From: Octopus vulgaris | Lineage: Eukaryota | Direction: 5' to 3' | NCBI GenBank assembly: GCA_951406725.2 | Contig: OX597821.1 | Location: 24,800,001 to 24,864,000, forward strand | DNA length: 64,000 bases | Shown: positions 51,775 through 64,000 of the stretch, in pieces | How positions within the stretch are numbered: position 1 is the stretch's first letter | How the letters are laid out: each line of letters starts with the position of its first letter | Notes under the pieces: model-generated | What the model was told of the DNA's origin: nothing | What the model saw: only the letters and a program-made list of their open reading frames with translations | Database searches by the model: none | Position numbers and translations under genes: made by a program

Positions 51775-54700
51775 TCAAATATGTTAATACCCGCAGATTT
51801 AAGGTTCGTTTTTATAAAATAAAGGGTTTTTTCTTTTATTTCGTAAAACAAAAAGACTTAAGATATAAAGATTTTGAAATTATTTTTTTATGTCGTTGCT
51901 GATATTACTTTTGTTGTTGTAAATGACATGTTAAGTGTTTGGGTACGGATATTTCATCTGGATTTTTTTCTTTCTTTAATTCTTAGTCTATGTCAATAAC
52001 GAGATAAAAGTAAAGCTGTATACGTAACGTCCTCAGGCGCATACAAATCCACATAAAACGGTTTTGATAAGAAAAAAAGAATACGTGCTTAGGAAGTAGT
52101 TGTCTGATATCTAGAAAATAAATTATATACAATTTGCATCATAAAGCGTTGAGGAGTTATAAAGGGGGATGTGGTTTTAAAAGTAATTCGCTTTGAAAAG
52201 TTACAATTTCATTTTCATAAATATTCTTTCAGATAAACGAAAGAAAAATATGCATTTAATAACAAGTTTCATTTATTTGATTCTCTTCGTCAGTCTTTAT
52301 AAATATTCCCAGCAGATGTCTAGGGCAAAGAAAATAAAATGGGTGCTTAGAACAATTGTTTCTTGAATCGCATTACTAATCTGTAGTAATAAAACGCTAA
52401 ACAACAAAGAATAAGGCTAATACATAGCAAAGGCCACGGTACAAAACTCTTATTAAATTTATGATTTGTAATATGAACAAGAAGGAAGTGTAATGCCCCG
52501 TTTTTCCTTTGACTGGTTTATCAAAATCATTTGATAAACATATCAAATTCGTTAATATCTACCAACCATTTGCATAACCTGTGAGAAAAAGTTGGGACAA
52601 ACTTGTGGTCTTTCTATTCCTATATAATTGGAGATCTTTGGAAATGAGTCGTAAAAGAAAAGAATTACACTTTTATTCGTTTTTTATTTCCTTAAAGAAA
52701 TTTCTGCTGTCTCTCTCTGAGAGGTATTCATTCTGTTTAAAAGCGTTGGTTTGTTCTATCTCAATTTTGGATGAGATTAACTCCTACTGTTGACGGGTTA
52801 TATTCGGAAGGAGGGCAAGGTTAATCGTACAAAAATAGAGACCAAAGATAGAATACGATTCAATCTATGTCTCTATGTCCCCAACTCCAGGGGGCTGAGG
52901 GACAAGCTTCTCACGCCCCCTCGGTCTCGTGATCGGCAGGTGTCCGCAGCTGGGCCTCTGTGAAGTAGACAGTATACGCCAGACTTTAGTTGTTGTTATT
53001 TTTTTTTTATTGAGTCGATCGGTCGGAGTGTGGACTTTGGTAGGGTATAGAAGATATTAGTAGTCTGTGTGTGTTGGACTAATGTTTAAATGTTTGTGGG
53101 TATGAGTTTTCCCTAAATATCTAAGTGTATATTTCTGTTTGTTTTTATGTTTATATGTAGGTTTGTGTATGTGTATATAACGAAGGCTTCTCCTGCTCCT
53201 ACACATGTGAAAGGTGATGGGGTGTATGTATGTGTGTGGTGAATGTGTGCGTTCGAAAAACGGCAGACGACGCTTACTGCACACAGCCACCCGCACCGAT
53301 GCCAACTCGCCTCCGTCGTGACGAACTCCCCGCTTTGTTATTTGTCTTAGTTTTCATCTGCTCCTCAAGTAGCAATAAATCATCTGTTAAGTTTGCATAT
53401 TACATTTATTTTGTGTGCTCAACTTAAAAATCTTCTCCGGCATCGCCGCTTTGTCCAATCTTTCTCACCTGCGCCACATCTAGGGCCCACGTCAAGCACA
53501 GCGTGTTTTGGAGACAATGAAGCTGATGCATACAGCTAAACTAACTTGGTTTTTATCTTTTATGTGGTCATAATTACAGAAAATAATCACAAAATTACAC
53601 GCAAAAAAACTTTTGAGAAATCCCTTTAACAATAGGTGTACAATCACACACCGGGACGATCCATCGCCTTACTTTCATGGACTTTTGCACAACGAACAGA
53701 CAGCTGCAAACTTTGAAAATGTCATGAGGGCAGATTGTACTTTTTCTTCATAACAACAAAACTTATAAAACAGCTTTTGGATAAGAAAAATACTATAAAT
53801 AATAATCAATCACGCCTTTATAGATATAATAGCGCAAAAAATCACCAACTCCAGGTGAAAGGAAATGCATATCCATTAAGTGAGACTAGCCAAAATACAA
53901 GTTGAGTGTGTATGTTTATATTAATTCCCTTTGTTAACACTGACATAATGTGTAAATACGTTTAAAGTTGAGTTTCATAGGAAGCATCAACACATGTTTA
54001 ATACAACTCCTCATTTCTTGGGCTCCCACCACTCCGTTAAGTCGAAAAAGTCCGTTGGAGTTACCCACCCATCGCTGGCTGCTAACTGCTACTGTCGTCG
54101 CCTGATGGCGCTTTCACTACTAAACAATGGAGTGAATGCGTCCATTTTGAAGTTTGGTTACCAACTGCGGGAAGGAAGTTCGAACAACACCAAACTTCAA
54201 GACTCGCCAGAAAGCACTTATAAAACCTTCTTCTAACTTAATATTTTAATTTATTAATTATATTTCTTTGACATATTTTTCCTAAAACTACTGTTATTGA
54301 CGAATGCAATATTTTGGTATCTTTCTCTGCCCGCTTCACACCTCCGTCTCTGCGGAGACTCGCTACATCAACATCGACTCTCTCGGTTTACTTCACCTAT
54401 TTCTATATCGCATGTCTTCTTAAACTGCATTTAATGTCGCTTATATTAATGGTTATTAAACTTATAGAACCTATTTCTTCATTTAAACTACAATGGTAAC
54501 CCTAAACTTTAGTTATTGTCAGTAAATAAGACGCAAAACAGTCGCGAAATGCTCGGATCCAGCCCATTTCCTTGTAGACCACGTGGATTCAAGTATGTGA
54601 CTGTTGTGCTGTTTTCGCGCCATATGACGTTGTTGAGCGTCAGTTTGGGTCAAAGGTTGAATAATGGAGGTAATGTCGTCTGCTAAGTAAGATAGTTTAG

Positions 54701-55600
54701 TGGCGATTCTCTCCCGGTCTCACTTCCCTACTTGGATGAGATTATGACACTTATCTGATTTACAACTTCTTACAACTTTGAATTCAGTGGCGTCCCACGT
54801 ACATTTCTCTTTCAGACGTCTACGTTTATTTGACCACTTTAAAACTAAATAGTGTTGGATGTATTTTGGTGGAGACAATTTGGTCAGCAAGCTACAAGGG
54901 AAAGACATTTACGATATTGTCTATTTAGCTTTACATTTCCCCATTCGTCCCGTGTCTTACTGATTTCTTTATTACTAACTGATCATTTAAAATCAAGTAA
55001 GTGAACCAAGTCTTTTTTAACCAACAGGTTGTTGTTTCTTCTCAGCTGTTCTGTAAAATCCCTGAATCTCTCAAAATAGCTGGCTTTCATCAGACTTGAT
55101 CAACCCCCATCACATCAACTCCCTTATTAAATATATTCTCCTCTCTGTTTATTTATCATAACCTAACATGTTCATTCCTGATACTTTCCCGCATATCTTT
55201 CTTTGAAATGAGATCCATTAAAATCGCTAAAAAAATTTTTATAGGTTCAAGTCTATCGGACGTGGTTCAATTTTTACGACCGACACAAACTCGCAGGGTC
55301 GTTTTTTTTTTTTTTTTAAATCTAATATCATGTTAATTTTCTCTTAGAATATTTGATTATTTCCCAGTGTGTGTAATATGAATTTACCTTACAATTCTAT
55401 TATCGTCTTTTTTTTTCCCCTCCATACTCTGCCTCCTTTAATATATTTCATCGCATCTCGTCTGGCCGCTAAGCATGGCGGAATTCATCACATTCGTTTT
55501 TCTCACTCTTAATCAATTGATTTCTGAAATAAAAAATTTTATTGTTAATCTAAAAACAAAAAATTCACTGAATGTTACAATTTGATCCTTAATAATTAAG
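49400..55600. promoter_or_regulatory. Repeat-depleted island with clustered TF motifs (putative enhancer/promoter region)
   Basis: No recognisable TE, and no long microsatellite from about 51.8 to 55.6 kb. Four exact octamers, three CSL sites, E-boxes and an E2F/CRE/CACGTG cluster; locally CpG-richer. Confidence 0.5.
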
Positions 55601-55862
55601 TTTTAATCATTGGGTGTCGCTACCTTTCCTACATACACACACACACACATCGTCTTCGTGTTGAGTCTTCTCATCTCACAAGATGTTATATATATATATA
55701 TACACTATCGTCTGGATGTTTACATTTCACTATATATTTGTTTTAACACTAACTTCCCTTTCCATATTTCAATAAACAAACACACTTGTTGAGTCATAAT
55801 TATGAAATATGCTCGTAGATGCTGATATAAATTGTATGTGTGTGTGTCTATGTATGTGTATG

Positions 55863-55901
<39 letters not shown>

Positions 55902-55932
55902 TATATATATACATATATATATATACATTATA

Positions 55933-55972
<40 letters not shown>

Positions 55973-55995
55973 TATATATATATATAAACATTATA

Positions 55996-56053
<58 letters not shown>

Positions 56054-56117
56054 GGATCGTTTATAGAAATACATAAATCTGGAGAAGAAGCAGACTCTAA
56101 GATGTAGAGCAGTAAAT

Positions 56118-56326
56118 ATTATAGTGGGGTAGGCCGGTTTATAGGGTTACTCTGGTTTTCTCGCTCATAAGTTGTTTAGCCTTACGGCATGTCTTCAGAC
56201 CCCGAACACTGATGGCCTTGGTCTCAGTCCAGCAGTGTTTCGGATCCGAAGATTCGCCGTAAGGTTAAACCCCTTATGAGCGAGAAACCCAGGGTGGCCC
56301 CATAAACCGGCCTACCCAACTATTAT
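56118..56326. repeat. ~205-nt GC-rich imperfect rod-like inverted repeat next to (TACA)n
   Basis: TAGTGGGGTAGGCCGGTTTAT... / ...ATAAACCGGCCTACCCAACTA; pairing continues to a small central loop near 56222. Confidence 0.85.
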
Positions 56327-57053
56327 ATACATACATACATACATACATACATACATACGTACGTACGTACGTACATACATACATACATACATACAGTACA
56401 TACATGCATGCATACATACATATATACATACATACATACATACATACATACATACATACATACATACATACGTACATACATATATGCATGCATACATACA
56501 TACATACATGCATACATACATACATACGTACGTACATACATACATACATACGTACATACATGCATGCATACATACATACATGCATGCATGCATACATACA
56601 TACATACATACATACATACATACATACATACGGACATACATGCATACATACATACATGCATACATACATACATACATACGTACATACATACATACATACA
56701 TACATACATACATACATACATACATACATACATACATGCATGCATGCATACATACATACATACATACATACATGCACACAAACTATATATAAAGTGATGA
56801 GACATTATAAGCATCATTTTAAGACAAAAATACATGCAGTCATATACTTGATCATTAAAAATATTTCTTTATAGGTTTTTCCTCGCAGTCTAGGAGCGTG
56901 CGTGTATTGAAATACACACACACACACGTATAATTGAGTATTTGTATGAAAAGATGAGGAAAGGTCGAATGCAGTAGCATTACATTATGATAAATTATAC
57001 ATAATGCAAGGAATTTTTGCCAAGTGAACAACTCACCTTCAATTTATACTAAA

Positions 57054-57452
57054 CTAGCAGTATCGCCCGGCGTTGCTCGAGTTTGTAAGGGAAATAACTA
57101 TATAAGATTTTTAGAGAGTTATAGCCAAAAATTAGCAAAAAAATGCATTAAAAATGGAAAAAAAATTATGGTAATTTTTTTTTTAAATCGTTGACTCATC
57201 GTAGACATTTTTAGAGAGTTACTTCCCTTATATAATAGCGAAAAATGCATTAAGATGGGAAAAAATGATGGTAATTTTTTTTTTAAATCGTAGACTTATC
57301 ATAGACGCACGCTAATACCCAGAAGGGCTCGATATGAATCACGACTATAAAATACCCGGTTTTGGTTAAACTGCACTGCAAAATGTGGGAGTAGTTAGGA
57401 ATCTAAATCGTAGGAGACAGACAGCACACAACCTCACTTTTATATATAAAGA
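57054..57452 (-). mobile_element. Non-autonomous Helitron (same 3' end as 40022-40400, different 5' part)
   Basis: A|TCTTTATATATAAAAG...GAGCAACGCCGGGCGATACTGCTAG|T. Confidence 0.8.
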
Positions 57453-57625
57453 TGTGGAAGGAAACAAGATAATGTAGTTGCTGATAACCCTAAACATATG
57501 GAATGATTATGGTTGGAGAGATTTTGATCATGAATTTGTTCAAAATTGGGCATGAATTGGCGTTTAAGCAATATCAGTGTCCACAAATTTTTCTACGACA
57601 ATATATGTGTGTGTATATATATATA

Positions 57626-57740
<115 letters not shown>

Positions 57741-57759
57741 CATACATATTTATATACCG

Positions 57760-58081
57760 ATTTTTGATTTGATTTGCAAGATTATTTATGTGAGTTCGTG
57801 TGCTGAAGCATATTTTGTTGTCTGGGGAGAGTCATTCTCTTTTTGTGCCTTTTTTTAACAGACTCACCGATTCAGAGTCCTCTTGTTTCTTTATATTTTT
57901 CTAAAAATTTTTTCTTGTATCTTGCAACCTTTTCAATAGTCTTGCAAGCTTTTCAATTAGTTGTTGAATGTCAACGACCATTGAAAAGGTTGCAAGGCGC
58001 AACAAAAATTTTAGAAAAAATACAGAGGTAAATGAGTGGAAACTGAACAGGTGAGTGAGTTAAATAATAAGGAACAAAAAG

Positions 58082-58082
<1 letters not shown>
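57760..58082. mobile_element. Fold-back element between (TA)n tracts with a decayed hammerhead-like core
   Basis: Inverted TTTTCTAAAAATTTT...TTGCAACCTTTTCAAT / ATTGAAAAGGTTGCAA...AAAATTTTAGAAAA; plus strand TTGAAAA-G-GTTGC-aaggc-GCAAC-AAAA-ATT-T-TAG at 57981-58014. Confidence 0.55.
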
Positions 58083-58130
<48 letters not shown>

Positions 58131-58293
58131 CATGTGTGTGTGTGTATACATACATATATATATACATATATATGTGTAATATAAGTATATATATATAAAC
58201 ATGTGTATGTATATACATGTAGGAAGTTTGTGTGTGTATGTATACATATATATATGGATATATACAAATATATATACATGCATATATATACAC

Positions 58294-58344
<51 letters not shown>

Positions 58345-58406
58345 CATATATATATATATACACACACATATATATATATGTACGCACACACACACAAACA
58401 CATACA

Positions 58407-58570
58407 GGCGCAGGAGTGGCTGTGTGGTAAGAAGCTTGCTTCCCAACCAATTGGTTCCGATTTCAGTTCCACTGCGTGGCACCCTGAGCATAGTCTTCTA
58501 CTATAGCCTTGGGCTCACCAAAGCATTGTGAGTAGATTTGGTAGACGGAAACTGAAAGAAGCCCATCGTA
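58407..58570 (+). mobile_element. SINE family B 5' half (a tail fragment lies at 59115-59165)
   Basis: Family B head sequence. Confidence 0.8.
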
Positions 58571-58983
58571 TATAAATATATCTACGTGTGGGGGGGGGGA
58601 GAAAGAAAGAGAGAAGCGCTGGCCTAGTGGTTGTGATGCGCGTCCCCGATGGATCTTGAAACTGAGGATGCACTCTTTCCTTGAACAAGGCAATTCATTT
58701 CACTCAGCTGGAAATGACTGCATCTGTAACATCTAAAACCTAAGGGTCACTGTCAAAGCTTTTGATATAAATGGTATAAGTATCTATTGCCATTATCTGA
58801 AAATGTTTATTCACTGAACACCATACACTTAATATATTCGTGCGTGAAGTAATTCTGATTTTTGTTTTTTTCGTCGGTTTTTGAGAAAGCCACCAGTGAA
58901 ACTTGTAAATAACTGTTAGTAAAATTGTTTTTACGCATGAATTTTTGTGTTTGTTGTGTGCATTTCTCTCTGTCTGTCTGTCA

Positions 58984-59104
<121 letters not shown>

Positions 59105-59167
59105 CATTGTTCTACTGTGCTCCAGCATGGCCGCAGTCAAATGACTGAAACAAGTAAAAGAATAAGA

Positions 59168-59207
<40 letters not shown>

Positions 59208-59882
59208 TTAACAATTAAGGATAAAATCTTAATAAGAAATCTTAAGATTCGTTTATTTTTGGTAGTAATGACTTTGAAAGTCCCTCCTAGCGTGTGGCAT
59301 TTATGTGTAATAATGCCCTCTATATAATATAAAAATATATATTATATACATGCATACATACATACATACAAACGTACATACAATACATGCATATGTCCGT
59401 ACGCACACGTTATTAAGATATCTATTTGTAGGTGTGTAAATTCAATGACAAGAAGAAAAACCATTTTAGACAAAGTATTTTAGATGGATTTTTTTTTAAC
59501 GTAACTCAACTTCCTATAGATTAAGCTGACTATATGTACCCAGGTACGTACGAAACTCTCGTCCCTTGAGTTACTCTAACTTCTGCTGATTATTGGTATG
59601 TATATATATATGTATGTATGTATGTATGTATTATGTATGCATGTATATATGTATGTATGTATGTATGTATGCATGTATGTGTGTATGTATGTATATATGT
59701 ATGTATGCATGTATATATGTATGTATGTATGTATATATGTATGTATGTATGCATGTATGTATGGATGGATATATGTATGTATGTATGTATATATGTATGT
59801 ATATATGTGTGTGTGTATGCATGTATGTATGTATATATGTATGTATATATGTGTGTGTGTATGTATGCATGTAGCCTATAAC

Positions 59883-59990
59883 CACCTGTGCCGACCACTT
59901 GGTTCTGATCTTGTTTGTGTTTATAGATATTGCTGTCGTTTGTTGCCATGGTTACCACACAGCTCATCTGCCATTGGTCGACGCCAGAAT
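59883..59990. promoter_or_regulatory. RFX X-box with E-boxes and a CCAAT box
   Basis: GTTGCCATGGTTAC 59942-59955 (reverse GTAACC-AT-GGCAAC), CATCTG 59965-59970, ATTGG 59973-59977, CACCTG 59883-59888. Confidence 0.5.
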
Positions 59991-60910
59991 TGTCATTCAA
60001 CGTCTTCAACCCCAGTTACAGGATCTGTTTATCTCAGCAACGTTGTTCTGTTGACATTTCTAACTTGTATCCTCTTCGTCGTCTATGAAAAATGTTCAAT
60101 TTTTACCAATGAAAACCAAACACTGATGAAAGGCAGGTTCTGGAATGTCGCACAAAACAATCCTAAACCCAAGTCTTCAGTGATACAAAGACTTTCTTTA
60201 TTATTATTATTATTTAATAATACGAATTCAATTTAATTAAATAATTTCTTTCTTCCCAACTCACATGATTAATTATGCTAGATTGATCGTAATTTGTTAA
60301 TTAGCTGCAATAAATTGCCAATCATTAATTCATCCAATTAGCTATTTATGTATAAACATACACGCGTCTAGAAGTTCTGTCAGGGCTCTGGGAGTTAATC
60401 TATTACCGACGCAATCACCACACCTCTACCACTGCCGCTCTCTCCTCGCCTGCTTGCCGTTGTTGTTAGTATTGCTGGTGTTATTGTTCCGGCGGCTCGG
60501 TTTCTCCACCAACACAAACCCACCCGTCCACCCGCCAATCTTATATGTTCAATGTTGCCTCAACCGCCGACTGCTATACCCCCCTCTCTCCCTCTCTCTC
60601 TTTCTCTTTCTCTCTCTCTCCTCTCATAATTACAGTCCCTTCCTCCCCTCCGTCAACAGGGTTATGAGAGAACCGTGCTGCCAACACTTACCTTACCACC
60701 CTCTCCTACATGTTTCACCAAGTTGTTGCTCTCCTCCTCCTCCTCCCCTGCCTCTTTCTCCCTTTCTGCTTAATGCTTTGTCTTGTATCAAACCTGCTGC
60801 TTTTAGGGGTCTTTTTTTTTTATAGAAACATGCTCACTTATCTCACTCACTCGGCTCCTTTAATTTACTCTATCTCTAAACTTTTACCCACCTTTATCCT
60901 TTATCTCCCT

Positions 60911-61072
<162 letters not shown>

Positions 61073-61849
61073 GATAGAGAGATAGATAGACAGAGAGAGA
61101 GTGACGCATGCATATATTCCCCTCCTTTAATCTTTTACTCTCCTTTATCCACTCTCTCTCTCCAAATCTTCACTTCTTTTACTCCCTCCCTATCTCACCA
61201 CACTTTCAACCCGTCCCTTTCTCTTTCTCTTTAGTCTGTCTTTCACTCCCTCTCTTTAGCCTCTTTTTCTCTCTCTCTCTCTCTCTTTCTTTAGCCTGCC
61301 TCTGTCACACACACACTCTCTCTCTCACTACCACCACTATTATTACGAGCCAGCCTGTCTCTTGTGTTTACGGTCGTCTGTCATCCACTGCATGGTTCGT
61401 CTTATTGTTTTTCTTTCACACAGGCAATGAATTACTAACACCAATAAAACTAATAATTATTATTGTTGCAAACAGTTCCCCTATTATTAAATTATTACTG
61501 TTGAATATATATATATCTGAGAAAGTATATAATTTTCTGTATGTTGTTGTTAAATTTACTGTGTACACGTGTGTAGTTTCAATAGGTTTCCTTTCTTTCA
61601 ATATAAGCCTAATATTTTTTAACGTGTAACTGGCTTTTTTCTTAGGAATTAAAACTGTTGGAAAGATTTCTATTACTAATATTACTAATTGCTGGTTTTA
61701 AGATAGTTTTTGTTAAAGTAGTTCTTTCAAACTTTATGTCATATTTTATGAAAATAGAAATTATATATTCATGAAAGGTATGCGAGTCACAACTTTTCAA
61801 AACTTATTCTTCATCTTCTTTTCAATATATATACATACATATATATATA

Positions 61850-63299
61850 TATATATCATTCTTTGTCTCTCTGTTCCCTCTGCATTCTCAAACAGTTCAA
61901 CCAAATGAAATTAAATTTTACAAGGTAATAGTATCAGACCCCGTGAGTATCAACATGAAATTTTTTTCATTTGGATTAAAACAATATAACATTGGCACTG
62001 GTTCGGTATTACATGTCAAAAGTGAAAGATCTACATTGTAATGTGATTATTGTTTCACCTTTAATTCTAATGCAATAACACGGAGATCATCTTATTTCTG
62101 TTATATTTATGAGACTTTCAGAACAACAGCAAACGCATTCGGCAGCACATCAAAAGAAGGGAGATGAGACTTTTTCCAAGATCAGCCAACACACGCTGCA
62201 AATACATCAAATGGAGTCTCAAAACAGAAGAGAGATGAGACTGTCTTAAGATCAGAAAATGTATGCTGAGGCACGTCAATGCATGGAGTCTCAAAGCGAA
62301 GCATGATGAGACTTTCCCAAGATCAGCAAACACATGCTGCAGCACATCAATTGTGGTCTCAAAACAGAAGCGAGATGAGACTGTCTTAAGATCAGCAAAG
62401 GCACCCTGCAGCACGTCAAATGAAGTCTCAAGAGATAAGGGAGATGAGACTTTACCAAGAGAAACAAATGCGTGCTGCAGCACTTAATGTTGAATCATTA
62501 AAAGAATGTTTTAATATTTAGACACAGGTCCAATAGAACAGCTCTCAGAATCAGACTGTGTACAAATTCTTTCTCCACAACTCCTGGAGCTGCTTTCAGA
62601 TATGATCTATTCCATTCTTATAAAAATGACAATTTTGTTCAAATTGTCGTTTCTGCAAAGCTTTAAAATTTCCAAATGAAACTAATGGCATGTGCTACTC
62701 AAGTGGTAAGGTAAGATTGAGCTCCTCTTCAACCTCTTATAGATTTTCTGGATGGCACTTCCATCCAGTCAAAGGATTTTCTGAACAATACCAGACAATA
62801 CAACCTTGCATCTCAAATGACATCATTTGGTGCATCTATGGAAATAGTTGAACATGGATTTATGCTAACATTCAAAGTTCAAGGGCAAGTCTATCACCTC
62901 ATTGTTTCCCTGTTACCCACGAATGAACAACCACAGTTCCTCCAAATTTACTTTGTGTGACGTAGGACAACAAACCTGAAGGAGGTATCAAAACTTCTGA
63001 TAATGGATCGTGTTAGACACAGTGCCGAATGCTGCCAAAGAAAGTATATGCACTGACAGCTTTGCAGTGCATTCAAAAATCACATAACCCCCACCTCAAA
63101 TTTTCCATGACAGGTTATGGCTTGGAATACTCCAAACGGACACATGACATGTCGCTCAGTTGAATTAGCCTATAATTTACTCCACAAATATTTTGTTGTT
63201 AATGCTGCACTTTTCCATATCAAGTGTTTCAAAAAACTATAATGTATATATACAAACTAGGCCATTTTAATCCTTAGCAATGCCGGGTATCTCTGCTAG
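61850..63299 (+). mobile_element. Internally deleted Helitron with Rep remnants
   Basis: CRFCKALKFPNETNGMCYSSGKV, FLNNTRQYNLASQMTSFGA and TFKVQGQVYHLIVSLLP (62645-62960) match conserved Helitron Rep N-terminal motifs; five 69-71-bp repeats at 62161-62485; 3' GCAATGCCGGG..CTAG|T. Confidence 0.85.
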
Positions 63300-63309
63300 T
63301 ATATATATA

Positions 63310-63700
63310 TTTCTCTCTTACTTGTTTAATTCATTAGACTGCAGCCATGTTGGAGCATCACTTGAATTTTTAGTCGAATGTATCAACACTAGTACTTATT
63401 TTTTAAACCTGATATTTATTCTTTCTCTTTTGTCAGACCACTAAATTATGGGGATGCAATCACACCAACACCAGCTGTCAAGTGGTGGGTGAGGGGACAA
63501 ACACAGAAAGACACACACACACATATATATCCCATGCTAGCATGGAAAGCAGACGTTAAATGATGATGATGATGATATATGACATACTTCTTTCAGTTTC
63601 TGTCTACCAAATCCACTCACAAGGGTTTGGTCAGCCCAAAACACTTGCCCAAAGTACCATGCAGAGGGACTGAACCCAGAACCATGTAGTTGGGAAGCAC
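63310..63700 (-). mobile_element. SINE family B, diverged, with an RTE-like (GAT)n tail inserted at 63533-63575
   Basis: Reverse complement of family B; insert GCATGGAAAGCAGACGTTAAATGATGATGAT. Confidence 0.7.
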
Positions 63701-63784
63701 AAAACTTATTTTTCAGTCTCTTTTCAAATAATAATAATAATATGTATGTATTATTCATTACAAATCTTTAGGACTTAGACATCA

Positions 63785-64000
63785 TTATTCATCTCTCCAT
63801 CAGGTGCAACATGCAAGAGAAAAGACTTCACTGGTATGGCCATGTAATGTGTATGAATGAAGACAGTTGCATCAAGAGGTACAAATCTCTAATTATAGAG
63901 GGAGCTTGGAGAAGAGGTAGACCCAGGAAGAAATGGGACAAAGTGGTGAGAAAGGATCTACGGATGGATCTCTTGAGGGGATGACGGAGGACCGAGACTC
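63785..64000 (+). mobile_element. RTE-clade LINE C-terminal fragment (runs off the window)
   Basis: EKRLHWYGHVMCM...EGAWRRGRPRKKWDKVVRKDL. Confidence 0.85.

Noticed and set aside
53355-53380. miR-137-like TTATTGCT on the minus strand; also miR-252-like CTAAGTA at 54684
   Set aside because: Only the seed matches; the rest of the mature sequence and a hairpin are absent.
53994-54236. 80-aa ORF in unique DNA
   Set aside because: No recognisable domain or convincing splice context; within the chance range for ORF length.

Overview
AT-rich animal genomic DNA, very probably an octopod cephalopod, judged from three recurring tRNA-SINE families and the very dense (TA)n/(TACA)n/(GATA)n/(CA)n/(GAA)n microsatellites. 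I find no intact host protein-coding gene. Almost all listed ORFs are microsatellite read-throughs or transposon remnants. About 50 kb is nested mobile DNA: SINEs, decayed LINEs (RTE, R4/Dong-like, Tx1/L1-like), a Penelope GIY-YIG fragment, Gypsy remnants, Tc1/mariner elements, hAT- and Merlin-like MITEs, Helitrons and a 5S pseudogene. The strongest unannotated signal is a set of at least seven minimal type I hammerhead-ribozyme motifs from several unrelated sequence families. They sit in short non-coding elements, most of them embedded in microsatellites and several with a fold-back (inverted-repeat-plus-tail) structure. The best example is a fully paired U3-A8 hammerhead at 2911-2953 (-), in the loop of a 595-bp fold-back with a 13-bp target-site duplication. 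Another lies at the 3' end of the Penelope fragment, which links the motif to Penelope-like elements. A second signal is a repeat-depleted island (~49.4-55.6 kb, plus ~59.9-60.6 kb) rich in octamer, Su(H)/CSL, E-box, E2F and RFX motifs, probably cis-regulatory DNA of a gene whose coding exons I cannot identify here. All structures were read by eye; no folding or database searches were run.
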